The translations under genes were made by a program, and so were the position numbers. From contig CDPCPM010000012.1 of assembly GCA_976551045.1 (NCBI GenBank), positions 7,006,001 through 7,070,000 of the forward strand: a DNA stretch of 64,000 nt. Reading direction: 5' to 3'. Under the pieces are notes generated by a model. It was not told the origin of the DNA, did not search any database, and worked only from the letters and a program-made list of their open reading frames with translations. Shown here one piece after another: positions 51,293-64,000 of this stretch. The first letter of the stretch is position 1, and every line of letters begins with the position of its first letter. Source of the DNA: Glaucostegus cemiculus (taxonomy: Eukaryota).

Positions 51293-54200
51293 ACCCTAAA
51301 CAAATATATGCTTAAGAATCAGTTTTTAACATTCTGATGCTGAAGAAGCTACGAGAATCAAAATTGAAACAGTAAATTACCAAAAGGCTGATGATACAAA
51401 ATTTAAAGATGTAGCATTTCATTTTATTCACTAAAGAACCCATTAAACCATAAGCTCTGGAGAACTATGTAAATTATCTGCCTTTCAAGGTAGAGCTGGG
51501 GCAAATCCACTCCATCAACTAATGATGGACCTCATTACATGCAGAGAGTATTCATAATGAGGAAGCAGCCGCCCGCCATTCCACATTCTAACATAAATCC
51601 CTATGAAATGTTAATATCTCACTTCTAATTAGAGACTACCAAGTCCAAATGTGCCTTCATGGGTAATAAGTAGCAAAATAAATTTCTGTTTTAATAGTAC
51701 ATTACATAAGAACCTCATATGTGGTTATTTATTTTTTAATATAAGAATACTTGCAGTTTTTGGCTCCTTGCTGCTTTTGGTGACTGCAAATGTAATCAAC
51801 TAATATAAATGAAATTTTTGTTTTGTAGTAATGAGTACAAATCCTACTAACCAAATCTTCAGAATCAGTGTCAGAAACCAGTATCCATGCAATAAAATGT
51901 CAGACTGGAGTCATTATAACTGCACCTTCACAATCAAATGGAATGAACAATGAAAATAAACAGAGAAGTCAGAACCAGCATAACTGTACAAAAAACATTT
52001 TTATGAGCAAAATCATATCTATTGAAATAATTTTACTCTAATTAATGCATAACTACAGCAGTAAAAATCAAACCCATTTAAACTACAGTCAGTAACTTTT
52101 ATAAAGAAATCTGGTCAACCAGCCACATCCTTCCATTTTACAGTTTACTAAAACACTAATTATTTTAGTATTAAGGTTCATTCCAAACAGAATGTCAATT
52201 TCTTGCAGTAGTCAAACAGTGTAATTAAAGAAGAAACATTGGCACTCTACACTACTGATTATCAGGTTTGCAAGCTGTTCAGTGAAAAACATCACCACCA
52301 CAGAACACCCTTTATCACATCCCTGTATGTAAACAATCAACATGAAGGACCACTACTTTGCAGAACATCTGTTCAAATTTATATTGATGTTTACAATCAA
52401 AATCCAAGTCCCAGCACAGTTTAACAGAACAGATCTTGGAATCACAAACTTCTATCCCTTCTCTTTTACAGCCACAAGTCTTACATATGTGAACTATTTT
52501 ATGCTGCAATAAAAGTTTTTACTTCATGTAGTACTGTTCATTTTTAAAATTAACAATGCAAAGAGGTATAAGGAATTTCACGCATGCATTATTTTCTCTT
52601 TAAATGCACTTGTTTCTCCTGACTCAAGTCTTAGCAGCTAATTTCTCCTTCTAGCCACTCTCAGTCTAGGTCAACCAGTCAGGCACCAGGAAGACAATCC
52701 TCCAAAAACCACTTGTCCCTCCCACGGTGTCCCATTGTGGAACAACCTACCTTTGTTCAAACGCTATAGATAACTTGCGAGTCTCAGTAACATGAGGATT
52801 TTGAAACGGATGTGAGGTCTCAGATGAGTTTCAAGCAAATGAGAAAAGATGGGCAGGAAAAAAAACTCAGCAACAGTCACTGCCAACACAACCAAGTATT
52901 TACAGCACTGTTTACACTAGACTGAGTGCACCTCAGCCCGATCACGTTTAGAACGGATGGCATTTTTTCCCCCACAACTAGTAATTAAAACAAAACGCTC
53001 AGCTCTATGATTGTTTTTGCGACTGAGGACAATGATACACAAAATCAGTATTTAATCACTGGGATATGTCTTTGGTGAGTAGCATGAGGGGTGACAGAGG
53101 TTCAGGCCTAAATCAGCATGCTTACCTTAATATTCCTAATAAAAGGAGCGTTCAAACACTACTCCTGATAGCTCAACTGAGGTGTAAGCAGAGCTCCATC
53201 TCAAGGAAGCAGGCACTCGCTGAAAGCTCTTTACAGAGCAACGGAGACACAAGTGATTCACATGGCTAGACATATTAACTACAGCAGCTAGAGGGAACTG
53301 TAATGCTTGGGCAGCACGGAATAGCAAGTTTACACTTGCAGTGCCCAGTGTCAGAGGAAGAGAGTTGCTTAGGATTTATGTGACACCTTTTTCCGGGAAG
53401 CCTTTTCTGGAATTATTCACTTTGTTTCTTATTGTCCTGACTGCTGGCTCCGAACGCAAGCGGCAAGAAAAAAACTATTCCGTATGGGGGGCCCCGTACC
53501 CTGGCCCTGCCGTCTTTACAGGGAGGTAACCATATTAGGATGTGTATGGTAAAGTAAACAATAACATAGTTGCAATGAAATGGAATATTTTGCAGCTGAT
53601 GGTGTTTGTCAGTTCTCTTTTAGGTGCTCCCACTATGTAGTTCTTTTTTTGAAACTGCTCTGTTTATATAGGAAAAATTTTGTCAACTTCGGACAAGCTT
53701 CAGACCTTTATACAAAATAAACATGAACAGAATCTAATAATGCTTTACTGTTGTAACAGACAACACGCAAATAAAGCACGGAGTATTTCTATTGTTTAAT
53801 ACAATAGCGTTCAAAACAAAATAATAGTCTAATTCATTCATTACTCCCCCGCCTCCAAATGGACGCACACACATACAAAAACACATACATTCATACATCG
53901 GGCTAGAGGATGCTGTATATAAACTACTCTGGAAGTCATTTTAAGTTAAAGATGCACACCCCAACTGCTGTGATGGAATAACGCTTAATGCACCACAGAC
54001 ATATCAGAATCAATAAATCAAGGTAACAAGTATCAGTTCACAAGTTCAAAGGCATGATGGCCAACTCCGCATTGTAACGTTCAGCCAGTAATACCTTGAC
54101 TCTATCTTTCCTTTCTTTGTAGGCAAGTTCAGGTTTGGAAAGAGCATTTTTTCATTAGGTTCGAGCAGCTGTTTTTTGACACATGTAGTGCAGGATGCTT

Positions 54201-56161
54201 CAGTCTTTTTAGCTGGCTGTGCAACAGCAAGCAGAAAATATTAAGCCAACAAAACCAGAAGAGTGAGACAGCTAGATACAGCGTTCCAAAATTAAGGCTT
54301 TAAGTATAAACAGTGAATCATGTCATGCTGTGCTTTGTTGCACCACTTAGATTCTCATAAAAGGCAATTTTTGTAAGCTAATAAACAATACAACACTCTT
54401 CCAATTTCCAGTCTGTTTAGATAAGCATCACACACCAGCTAGATTTCTATTTTTCATTAAATGTAGCACAGCTTGCATTGAGATATTATGAAACAATAAA
54501 TGTGTCTTTCTGTCTAAAATGAATAGTTTTTTTCCAACCATATTTTGCACTCAACTGGTGTTAATGTAACTGAAGCCCAAAAAGTACAATACAGCCAACT
54601 TGCTTTGTTAAAAAAAATACCATTTAAATTTTAATTTTATTACACAGCATGCCACACCGTGCTCTTGAAAACCCATATGTTTATTAAAATATGATAGATC
54701 TTTTACATGAAAGTTTAGAAACAAACTGGGAAACCTTGCCAAGTAAAATCCACGTATCTTTAAAATTTTCAATTCCTTTCTAGTGAGTTAGCAACACACA
54801 CGAAGTCCACTCTTAGCAAAATTAAGCCAATCCAGGGTCTCCACTATCCATCTTGGAAAGCAACACCTCTTCACATTCACCTTCCACTAATTTCCATAGA
54901 TTTCAAACCTCTATCAATAAATATTTAAAGGAACTGTAACTAAAGATTTAAGATAATGTGCTAGTCCTGTTCAATGGTACTGAAAAAAAACACCACTGTT
55001 TGATAGATCAGAAGAAATCCTGAAGTTGTTTCTATTTCCTGCAATCATTCTGAAGCTATGTAACATTCTGTGTGTTCTCCTACTCCTAACGCAAGGGCCT
55101 TGGGGCTGTTTAGCTTGTCACTATGTTTAACTACTGCTCTGGAGCTACCGAAGTACATTACCGGTAGTTACAGCTCATGAAAAATACAGCGACAAAACTG
55201 CTAGTGGCAGAAACATTAAACTCTCTTGTTAGCCACCACCCTCATGTGGCACTTTAGCACTAGCAAGTTGTTTATTATGTTATATGCCAAGCAAAGGGAT
55301 TAAAAAGACGTTTTAAGAATCAAACTATTATAAATGCATGAAACAAAACAGGTAGCACAATTCATTCTCTGGATTTAATTTAAAATCTTACAACATTTAC
55401 ATTTTTCCCGGCGTTTGGTTTTGTTCTTATGTCTTGGACTTTTTCAAAATTAATAGATTGTCAATTTATTTCTAATGTTCTAATCTGGCAAGGTCGGATG
55501 GACAGCAGCACTAATGGGTGCCTACATCACAAGCTTCTGCAGTCACTGCTTGATGGTTACATCACCGTTGCTATGGCACTTAACTGACTATTAATTTCTG
55601 ACAAAAGGTGATTATGAAACAGACAGCTGAATTCCAAGTAGATGTCTCAGCACAGCTAGAGGGTATAACATTTAAAATAAAAAAGGACTCTACAGGTTTT
55701 CCAATTATTTTAAAACATTTCTTTGTGAATAATTACTCATGTTTTGCATATATGTATTAGTACTTTCAAAAATCCTTCCACACTATAGTTTATTAAACTA
55801 AATGTGCATAAATTACTCATTAAACAAGCATTGTAAATTCCACACAAGGAATCTCCTACAAAGAACAAACCTTTTGTTTACCTTCTTTTAAGTAGGATTT
55901 GCTTATTTAAAGCAATCTTCTGTTAAAGCCCCTTTTGTAATTAGTCTTCTTACCCTGGAGACAAAAAATGTTACACTCTGATTGGATGTTTGATGGCAGT
56001 TACCCTGTCTCAGCATTTTGACTTACACTCGGAAAATGGCAAAGAAAAATAAAACAAAATGCTTCCGGTTGTACTTGATGATGAAACACTCACAGAAAAG
56101 TTAATAGAAACAGTTAAGTAAGAAGCTGACTGCTTATCAATGCCAGCTAGTGCCAGGTATT

Positions 56162-56308
56162 NNNNNNNNNNNNNNNNNNNNNNNNNNNNNNNNNNNNNNN
56201 NNNNNNNNNNNNNNNNNNNNNNNNNNNNNNNNNNNNNNNNNNNNNNNNNNNNNNNNNNNNNNNNNNNNNNNNNNNNNNNNNNNNNNNNNNNNNNNNNNNN
56301 NNNNNNNN
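56162..56308. other. Run of 147 N (gap or masked sequence)
   Basis: Directly visible. Confidence 0.99.
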
Positions 56309-59064
56309 TAGTCCAGCAGATGAAACATTTTTCATATGATTGTGCTTTCTAACTCCAGATGCCTCCAGATTTCTTTACAGTGCAAATTACTTCATGTATC
56401 ACAGAACTTAGTCCTTTCTTCTTGTACTGTAAGTAAAAGCCATGCATACAGATTACATGAGTAAAATTTGGTGACGCAGTAGCAAAACAAAATGGGTGGA
56501 ACCAGATGCCATCTGTCCTGGTTTATGCTGTATGTTTCCATATTTAGCAAATTAACAAAATGCAAAATGAAAGGAGGAAACAAAATCTGGTCTGTTTAGT
56601 ATATCTGCATACAAGCCAACAGCTCTTTCTCCCCGAATAATCCTCAAACATGAAACATCAATGCTTCAGCAAGCTGCCCTGGAAAGCAGTGCTTTCGCTG
56701 CACACTGCCTTCCTCTTTGACTTCAAAGTTTAGTAACAGCAACGGTTTCTACTTTAAGATTTCAAGAGACATGAAAAGGCATTCAAGGTGAAAATAAAAC
56801 AAAATCTGGCAGAAATCTTGTCTTCAGCATATAATTGTCAGTATGGCTTCAAATCTATAGAGTACAGAATACCGGCCACATAAATTAGACGTCCAAAATG
56901 GTTGCATATCTGAAATAGAACATCTGAAATACCTTGCAGCACTATGTTTTACTTGCCATCCACGTGAAAATGTAGACACAGTAAGGTAGTATCCAACTCC
57001 TGTGATGTGTTTATTTCGTTTCTCCCTTGCTTTGTGTAGGAGAGTGGTTACTCAAGATCAGCCAATGCAATAGTATCTGCGTTTCAAGTTTATTTTGCAT
57101 GGAATTGATATAACTTTGTTTACAAGTAGACTATTTAAAATGTAATTTAGATTATTAAAACCCACAACTAACTGTTTTGAATATAAGTATTAAAATTTGC
57201 CTCCCAGTGATATGTATATAGCTGACGGTTGAATAAGAGGAAATTTCCCTGAACAGTAAACAGTGCAGCTATGTTGGATGGTTTTTCTGAACATCTGAGT
57301 TGCGTTCTGATCTCGCACCAATTGAGACACTATCTCTGCAGTATTTTATCATTCATTACTTCTAAAAAGCAAGCTATCCACCGCTGTGACCATTTACCAA
57401 TACTCAACTTTTCACTTGATTCCTGAATATTGGAATTCAGTGATATTGCTTGAAGCAGTCACATCTCTATCACACTCATTATAAAAGTTTAATATATTAT
57501 AAAGAAAATAATGTCTGGCCCTTTAAGAGATCACCTTTTCCCTAGGTCAATTTGCTGCACTAACACTTGCATACGGCGGCTGGGTGAAAGATAACCTGTG
57601 AAATTGTTCAGTCTGACCTCCAATATAAAGCATAATCCTCTGAGTCTTAGACATAGTGCAAATGTGATTTCAGCTGGTGCAGATTCAGACATATGCCAAT
57701 ATATCCCAATAGCAGACTGAACAAAAACTCAATGCATCTACCACATTCCATCATTATATGTATATTTCTCCAAGAAGTTCTCATATTAGTTTCAATTTTG
57801 TTGGTGGCAATATCAACTGGAATGTAACTTTTCCCTTACCACTTTCATGAAAACCACAGAACATGAGCTACTTCTGTATTTATATAGATTCTTGATCTGA
57901 ATCACCTTGTTCTTCGTAATTTCCAAAGGCTTTGCTGATTTTTCAAAATTATATTCAAATGTATGATGATCTGCAGTCAATCCATTGTATAAACCTGCAG
58001 TCAAATGAAAAGCAAACAATGCCTGTCCCTCCTTGAAATGAACATTGTTTGCCTCTAAGAAGTGTTACTGCAAGCTGTAGTACAACAAGGAAGCAGACTA
58101 AGATGGAAATGAATTTGCAGTTCCTATGCAAATACTTAAACCAGAGCATGTCCAGCCTGATGTTAAAGACTTATTCCAATGTTAGACACTAAAGTCTATT
58201 TTTAATGCAATAGTTTTGCAGAGGTCTTTTTATTCTTGGATTTTAAAAGTCTGTCACTGTAGCTATTTAAACTTTGTCACTGAGATTTTGGTATGAATGT
58301 TATCAGCAGGATAACAGGAAAACTTTTACTGAAATAGTCTGGAAACCAAAAGGCAACTTTCATTTCAATTTTAACCTTATAACTTCAGTAAACACTGTTA
58401 TTTAATCTCAGAATTACAAGGATTTTTACATCAGTATGATGGAGAATGAAGTGTGATTACTTCCCAGAAAGCTGGTGTGGATCCCCAACTAGCCAAATCA
58501 TGAAGTGATTTTATATTATGGCCTGTTATGGACTAGGTCTTGGAAGGGTGACAAATCACAACACTCTATTTTAACTTTTAAAGTAGGAACGTCCCTGAAC
58601 CTATGGAGAAAGTAGTTCAACTTAGGGGTGCACAGATCTTAGAAAAATGAGTCTTTACTACAACTGGAATCACTGAGAATACATTAAAGCAATTATCAGG
58701 AGTCAATAACACCAAAGTAATTCTATGATTACACAGCCTAGGAGCTACAGCTTGGTGAATGCTGTCAGTAATAGTACGGCAATCCAACCCCATAATAGAA
58801 AATTCTTCTCTACTCCAATCTCTGTCTTTATTTGTATCATCAAGCCAGGAGCAGCATGATTAACCAAATCAAGTAGAGGCACCCATTTCTAACAAGCCAA
58901 TGTGAATACTAAATACACACCCAATCTCAGAAGTGATCTTCTCTGGAAGTAAACTATATTGTTTCTTTGAAACCTCTCAGGTGGGGCACAGACTGCTCTG
59001 CAATCACGAGCTGACTGAAATTTCCCATGTTGCAAGACGTCACGTTGATTAATAAGGTAGTTCC

Positions 59065-59575
59065 ACAAAACACACACAATTCAAAAAACTCTATAAGAAG
59101 GATATCATTAAGCTGGGAAGGGTACAAAAAAGATTCACAAGGATGTTACTGGGACTGGAGGGCTTGAGTTATATGGAGAGGCTGGATAGGCTGGGGCTGT
59201 TTTCCCTGGAGCAGAGGAAGCTTATAGAGCCTCCTACCTTGTAGAGGTATGAGGAGCATAGATAACATGAATGGTTACAGTCTTTCTCCCAGGGTAGGGA
59301 AGTCTAAATATATTTAAGATAAGATAACATTTAAAGGAGACCTGAGGGGCAACTTTTTCCACAGAGGTGGTGGCTATGTGGAACTACCTGCCAGAGGAAC
59401 TGGTAGAGGTGGGTACAATTATAATGCTTAAAAAACATTTTAACAGGTACATGCATAGGAAAGGCTTAGAGAGATATGGGACAAATGCAAGCAAACTGGA
59501 CCAGCTCAGGTAGACAACTTGGTTTGCATGGACAAGTTGGGCCAAAGGGCCTGTTTCCATGCTCTATGTCTCTTC
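59065..59575 (+). mobile_element. CR1/HER1-type LINE 3' end
   Basis: Encodes KDIIKLGRVQKRFTRMLLGLEGLSYMERLDRLGLFSLEQR. Tail gcatggacaagttgggccaaagggcctgtttccatgctctat. Confidence 0.9.
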
Positions 59576-62500
59576 GTGACCAGCTTTTGTTGATGCGTAT
59601 CCTGCTACTAACTTGTACTCTTCCTCATGTTACATCTGCATTCAGTCTGCTCTGAGTCCAAGATAAACTATCAATGTATGTATGCTAAAATGCTCAAGGG
59701 AATATTTTGTTTAATGTAATGGGTAGGTCAGATTATGAAATAAAATAGCAAACTGAAGTCTTAGACTGCTTCTCTGCCTGCTTGAATATATTGAACTTCA
59801 ATTATTGACAGGTCAACCTCAAAACTCTCCTATGTGTAAAAAACTAGATAGCTTACTGTAAAGGAGGTAAGTGAAGAAAAGCAACAAGTCTGTCAAAAGT
59901 CTTTCCCCTGTTCTAAATTTCCCTGCATTTTCTCCCACTGATCCATAGTTTTGAACATGTACACATACATTCAAGTTTATACTGATACTTGGATTGATCA
60001 AAAGTCTATTGTTATCTCAGTTGGATGGAAATTGTATAACTGTTCCAGTGAATCCAGGAAAGACACACTTTTGCTGTCTGCACTACTCCCTCTCCAATTA
60101 CAGTGCCAGTAACAAAATTACACTTAAATAAAAAAGGTAGAACCCATGGAGAAAAACTAGTCACTGCAAAGCACTTTTTTCCAGAGCCATGTTCCTGTCC
60201 AAATGTTGTACAACTGATGAAAAAGACATACTTTGGACTCCAAGAGCATCAGACCTAATTCATTCTAATGTTAAACAAATCTCACAACAACTGTATTTTT
60301 ATTTATTCATTGGACCTGTAAACTAACTGTAGTTTTCCCATTTTCTGGTTGGTCTGAGGATGTACCCGTACTGCAGAAAGATTTTTGAGAAGTGTTATGC
60401 TGTTTAGCATTTAAAATAGGAGGTATGAGCAACACCAAATGGACTAGTGAGTTGATTTATACTTCCTGAGTATAAACAAACAGTTTGAAAATCCATCAAG
60501 AATATTGCAGTGTATGCAAAAATAGAACAATTTTCAGTTATCATTAAATAACTTAAACAACCACATAAGCCAACCAGCTGTTTCATTTTGTGCTTCCTAT
60601 ACAATCCAACAAGATTGGAAAATGTTCTATGAAAATCCATTTGTTGAAGTCCATAGCGACGTAAAGGCAATGCAGAGTGTGAGCAGGAGAAGTCAGGCAA
60701 TTAAACTACCCCAGGTAAGAATTTAAACAGCCACATGGTTATACTACCAGTGACCTTCAGAAATTGCCAAAAAACATCAGTTACATGCCAAAAACCTCCA
60801 GAATCCACAGCAAACAGTGCAGACACTTTGTTAAGTGTAGTGCCATGTGGGACATTTGAGTCAATCTCTGAACATCTGTTGGATCTATAATTTCAGGTAG
60901 CAAATCAAATCACTATGCAGAAGCAACAAATATGCAACTTAGATGCAAACATGTGTGGATGCCTGTGGTGGTGGTGGGAGAGAGGGGTGGGAGGAGGTTA
61001 TTTTACTTAAACTGCAGGAACTTATTTTCTAAACTTCTTTAACAGGTATTATAAATCCATTCTGGCCATTGTCTGATTAGAAACTGGAACCTTATGCGGG
61101 CTGCAAAGCCCACGTAGAACAAGAAACATACCTACAGATCTCTCACCCCAATAAACAATTAGGAACTCCTGACAAATGAGATAAATCTTAGATTTTCAGC
61201 CTAAGTGCAAGGTGGGGGGAGGTTGACGATGGTTGTAAAGTTACAAGGGGGGGGGGGTTCAAAGGGGCAATTATAAGCATTGCATACAAACTATGTTTTA
61301 TAATTAAAGGGAAGGATAGAGAGGAGCAGAGAAAGCAAATATCTGAGGTGGGAGTAAGCAAAGAAACTGGTAACCTGAGCTCGCTAGCACTTTAAGAGTT
61401 AATGCTTATATGACGAAAAAAGAAAAATGTATTTGACTCCATTCAAATGTACATTCTACTTGTCAGAACATGAAAATTATATATGACATTTGAAAATCAC
61501 CAAGAAAAAAAATCTGTTAAAATTCACACACAAAATCCATGGAAATCATACTACATGCACTAAACCATATTAATGATCCAACTATTACTTGACTCACAAA
61601 TCTGCAACTGAGTTTGCATGACGCATACACAAGCGAGTATTGAACTATGGAACTATTTTAATTATCCCATCCCAAGATTACAATGTAAAAAAAATGCAAA
61701 GCGTTTTTCTTCTGGAATAGTCTAACAGTGGTTGTATCATTTATGAAGATATGTGCCTGGGGATTATTAATTAACCTTGGTATTTGCAGAGCATTCCCAT
61801 GTTTTCATGCTACATTCAATTTGCTCAGATGAGCTGATTTACAAAATTGATGAGTTTTACTGCTATAAATACACTTATGAGAAACACCAGCTAAACAATA
61901 TAAGGGTGGTTTTGAACGCAAGGTTGAAAAACTGGTCTGTTTCTCAATTCCATTGGAGTATAGCTGCTGGGTGTGTCTTTTTGTTGACCTTTGCTGTTGG
62001 GCATTTAAACATTTACATCTGCAAGTAATTTAAAGCTGTCTCGTTTCTCTGTGGTACACTGTGCAATGCAATGGTTAACAAGGAACCCCAACCCCCTTGA
62101 GTGCGAAAGATGAAAGCAATGCAAATAATTATTATCACAAAGCCATTAAGTACATCTGTTATCGGTTATATAATCTTTGTCAATTGACAGAATAGAATAC
62201 CATTAATGAATCAATAGTTGGAAACTAGTTTGGCTCATTTCATTTTACAGGACATTTTCTGAATTCGGCCTTTGAAAAACAAGCTCTTCTTACGAAGCTG
62301 AAAATATAAAACGAATAAAACAATAGTTAAGTCCCCTTCCAGAAAAAAACTGATGTAGACAGGATGAAATGCTCTATGCAAAGCTGATAACCTACGCTGC
62401 CATTATGTAAAGACTATTTTTATGGATGATGGTCTCCCCAACAACAGGGCAGCAGCTCTGTCAGCTCTCTTCTACAATATCATGTTTCCAGACTGTAGTC

Positions 62501-64000
62501 CTGCTACTTACTGCATCGCAGACTAACATCTCTAGTGTGCTATTAATATCAATGAGGAGCAGATTCCATTTCCACGTAAGAAAACCTTCATGTTACACTA
62601 CAGTCATTTTGCTGAAGAAGCAAAGTCACAAGACAATATTAAGTGGTGGGTCTAACTGCCTTAGACTGTTCCATATTATCATTTTCAAATAGAGTGTACA
62701 AAGGGTCTCCATCAAGAATGATACAAACAGTCAAAAGTCCTCAGTATAAATGATAAAAAAGCAAGACCATGCAATGGAAAAGTAATGAATCAGTTTACTT
62801 TATCCATGAATGTTTTATTAGCTGCAAATACAACACTTAATACATTGGACATATGCATTGAGGCATTCCTAGAAGCCACCTGCATGCAAGTACACACTGT
62901 ACTCTCCATTCCTATAAACCATAAACTTCAGAGAACTACTCAATTATATTTCAGAAACTGCAATCTGTTAGCAGTTGTAAGCTTATGAATCTTTTTTATT
63001 TCCTCCAAACAAAAACATGTACTAAAAATGTAACTGTAACTGCACTTACCCATTAACTATGAAGCTAAAAAGATTTTGATTATCTGTAATCTTCAGGGAT
63101 TAAAAAGCTACTGAGCTTTTAAAAACTAACTCCTTCAATATTCAACATGAACTCCAATAGACTGCAGTATAATGAAGGACTGGAGGTATGTGATCTAAAC
63201 ACAACAAAAGCCACTGCCTTGCTCTAGATTAAATATTCAGGAAGAGGCCCCTTTGCATAAACACAAACAGTCAGCAAATGAGCAACTGGCTCAAGTCAGC
63301 TGCTCGCTGAGCCATCTACCTGTCCTGCTTTGAGGTGAAAAGTCACTGACATGTTTGTCAGTATCCTTAATGTAAATTCTATCCCAGGGCAGTTATGTGC
63401 TGTTTTTTCCCTTGTCTGACATTCTACCATCATTCTTTGATCTTGTCCTAACACTCTTCATTTTTAGTGTCCCTTAAATTTTATCAATACATTAAAAAAA
63501 ATTCTGAGCAGCAAAGAGACATGTGAATGCTACATTCCAGCCAGTGTATCCAAGCAGTCTGGAGCAGCCTGCTTGAAAAGCCTAGACTGAAACAAACAAA
63601 ACAGAAGCACAGCCCTGAAGAAAATCAGCTGCAAAGCTCTGGATACTGACTGACACATACTGATGCAAGGAGTCAAAGATGTCATTTTCATGCGAGCCTT
63701 ACTTGCTAGAAGCAGGGAAAGAGAAGGACCTCTCGAAAATAAACAGTGTACTATTTCAAAGGCAAGGAATATAGGCATTCCATTGTTGAAGCCAATTATC
63801 AGTGGAAAATAATAACAACAGATGGATTCAGAGTTGCTGACTTGTTTCATACACTTCACTGCTGTCCAACAGATGATGAAATCCTAGAGCCATCTCTAAT
63901 AGTCAAAAGTCAAAAATAGTGCAAGGATTCAGACCACAGATGGGGTCATTTTAGCAGACTTGGTTCGTCCATATGTAAGCTTTTGAGCAAAAAAAGTCTG

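Noticed and set aside
50389-56352. ORFs spanning N runs
   Set aside because: Artefacts of translating Ns.
1-64000. CRISPR array, operon or other prokaryotic system
   Set aside because: No regularly spaced direct repeats, very low coding density, and vertebrate retroelements throughout.

Overview
AT-rich vertebrate genomic DNA with no prokaryotic features. The repeats (CR1/HER1-type LINEs, V-SINE- and DeuSINE-like SINEs, Penelope-derived palindromic ends) point to a cartilaginous fish, probably a batoid; this is an inference from repeat style. The only supportable host coding sequence is a minus-strand exon at 25882-26063 (CDS 25882-26052) encoding the N-terminus of a FOXP transcription factor, most like FOXP1 (MMQESGTE...REGRSNG...HLQQQQ). 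Everything else is best read as intron of that gene: 1-25881 is the intron after the first coding exon, and 26064-64000 is 5'UTR intron or upstream sequence. Decayed retroelements fill about 1-20 kb and 30-49 kb. The stretches at about 20.2-30.2 kb and 49.3-64 kb are almost free of recognisable repeats and rich in TF motifs. The signals most worth following up are a dense forkhead-motif cluster about 3 kb upstream of the start exon (possible autoregulation), palindromic Penelope-derived elements with hammerhead-ribozyme-like cores, a SINE whose tail resembles the Rex1-type LINE tails in the window, and a possible intronic poly(A) short isoform. I found no evidence for a new protein-coding system. 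Repeat boundaries are approximate, and family names come from recalled consensus features, not from a search.
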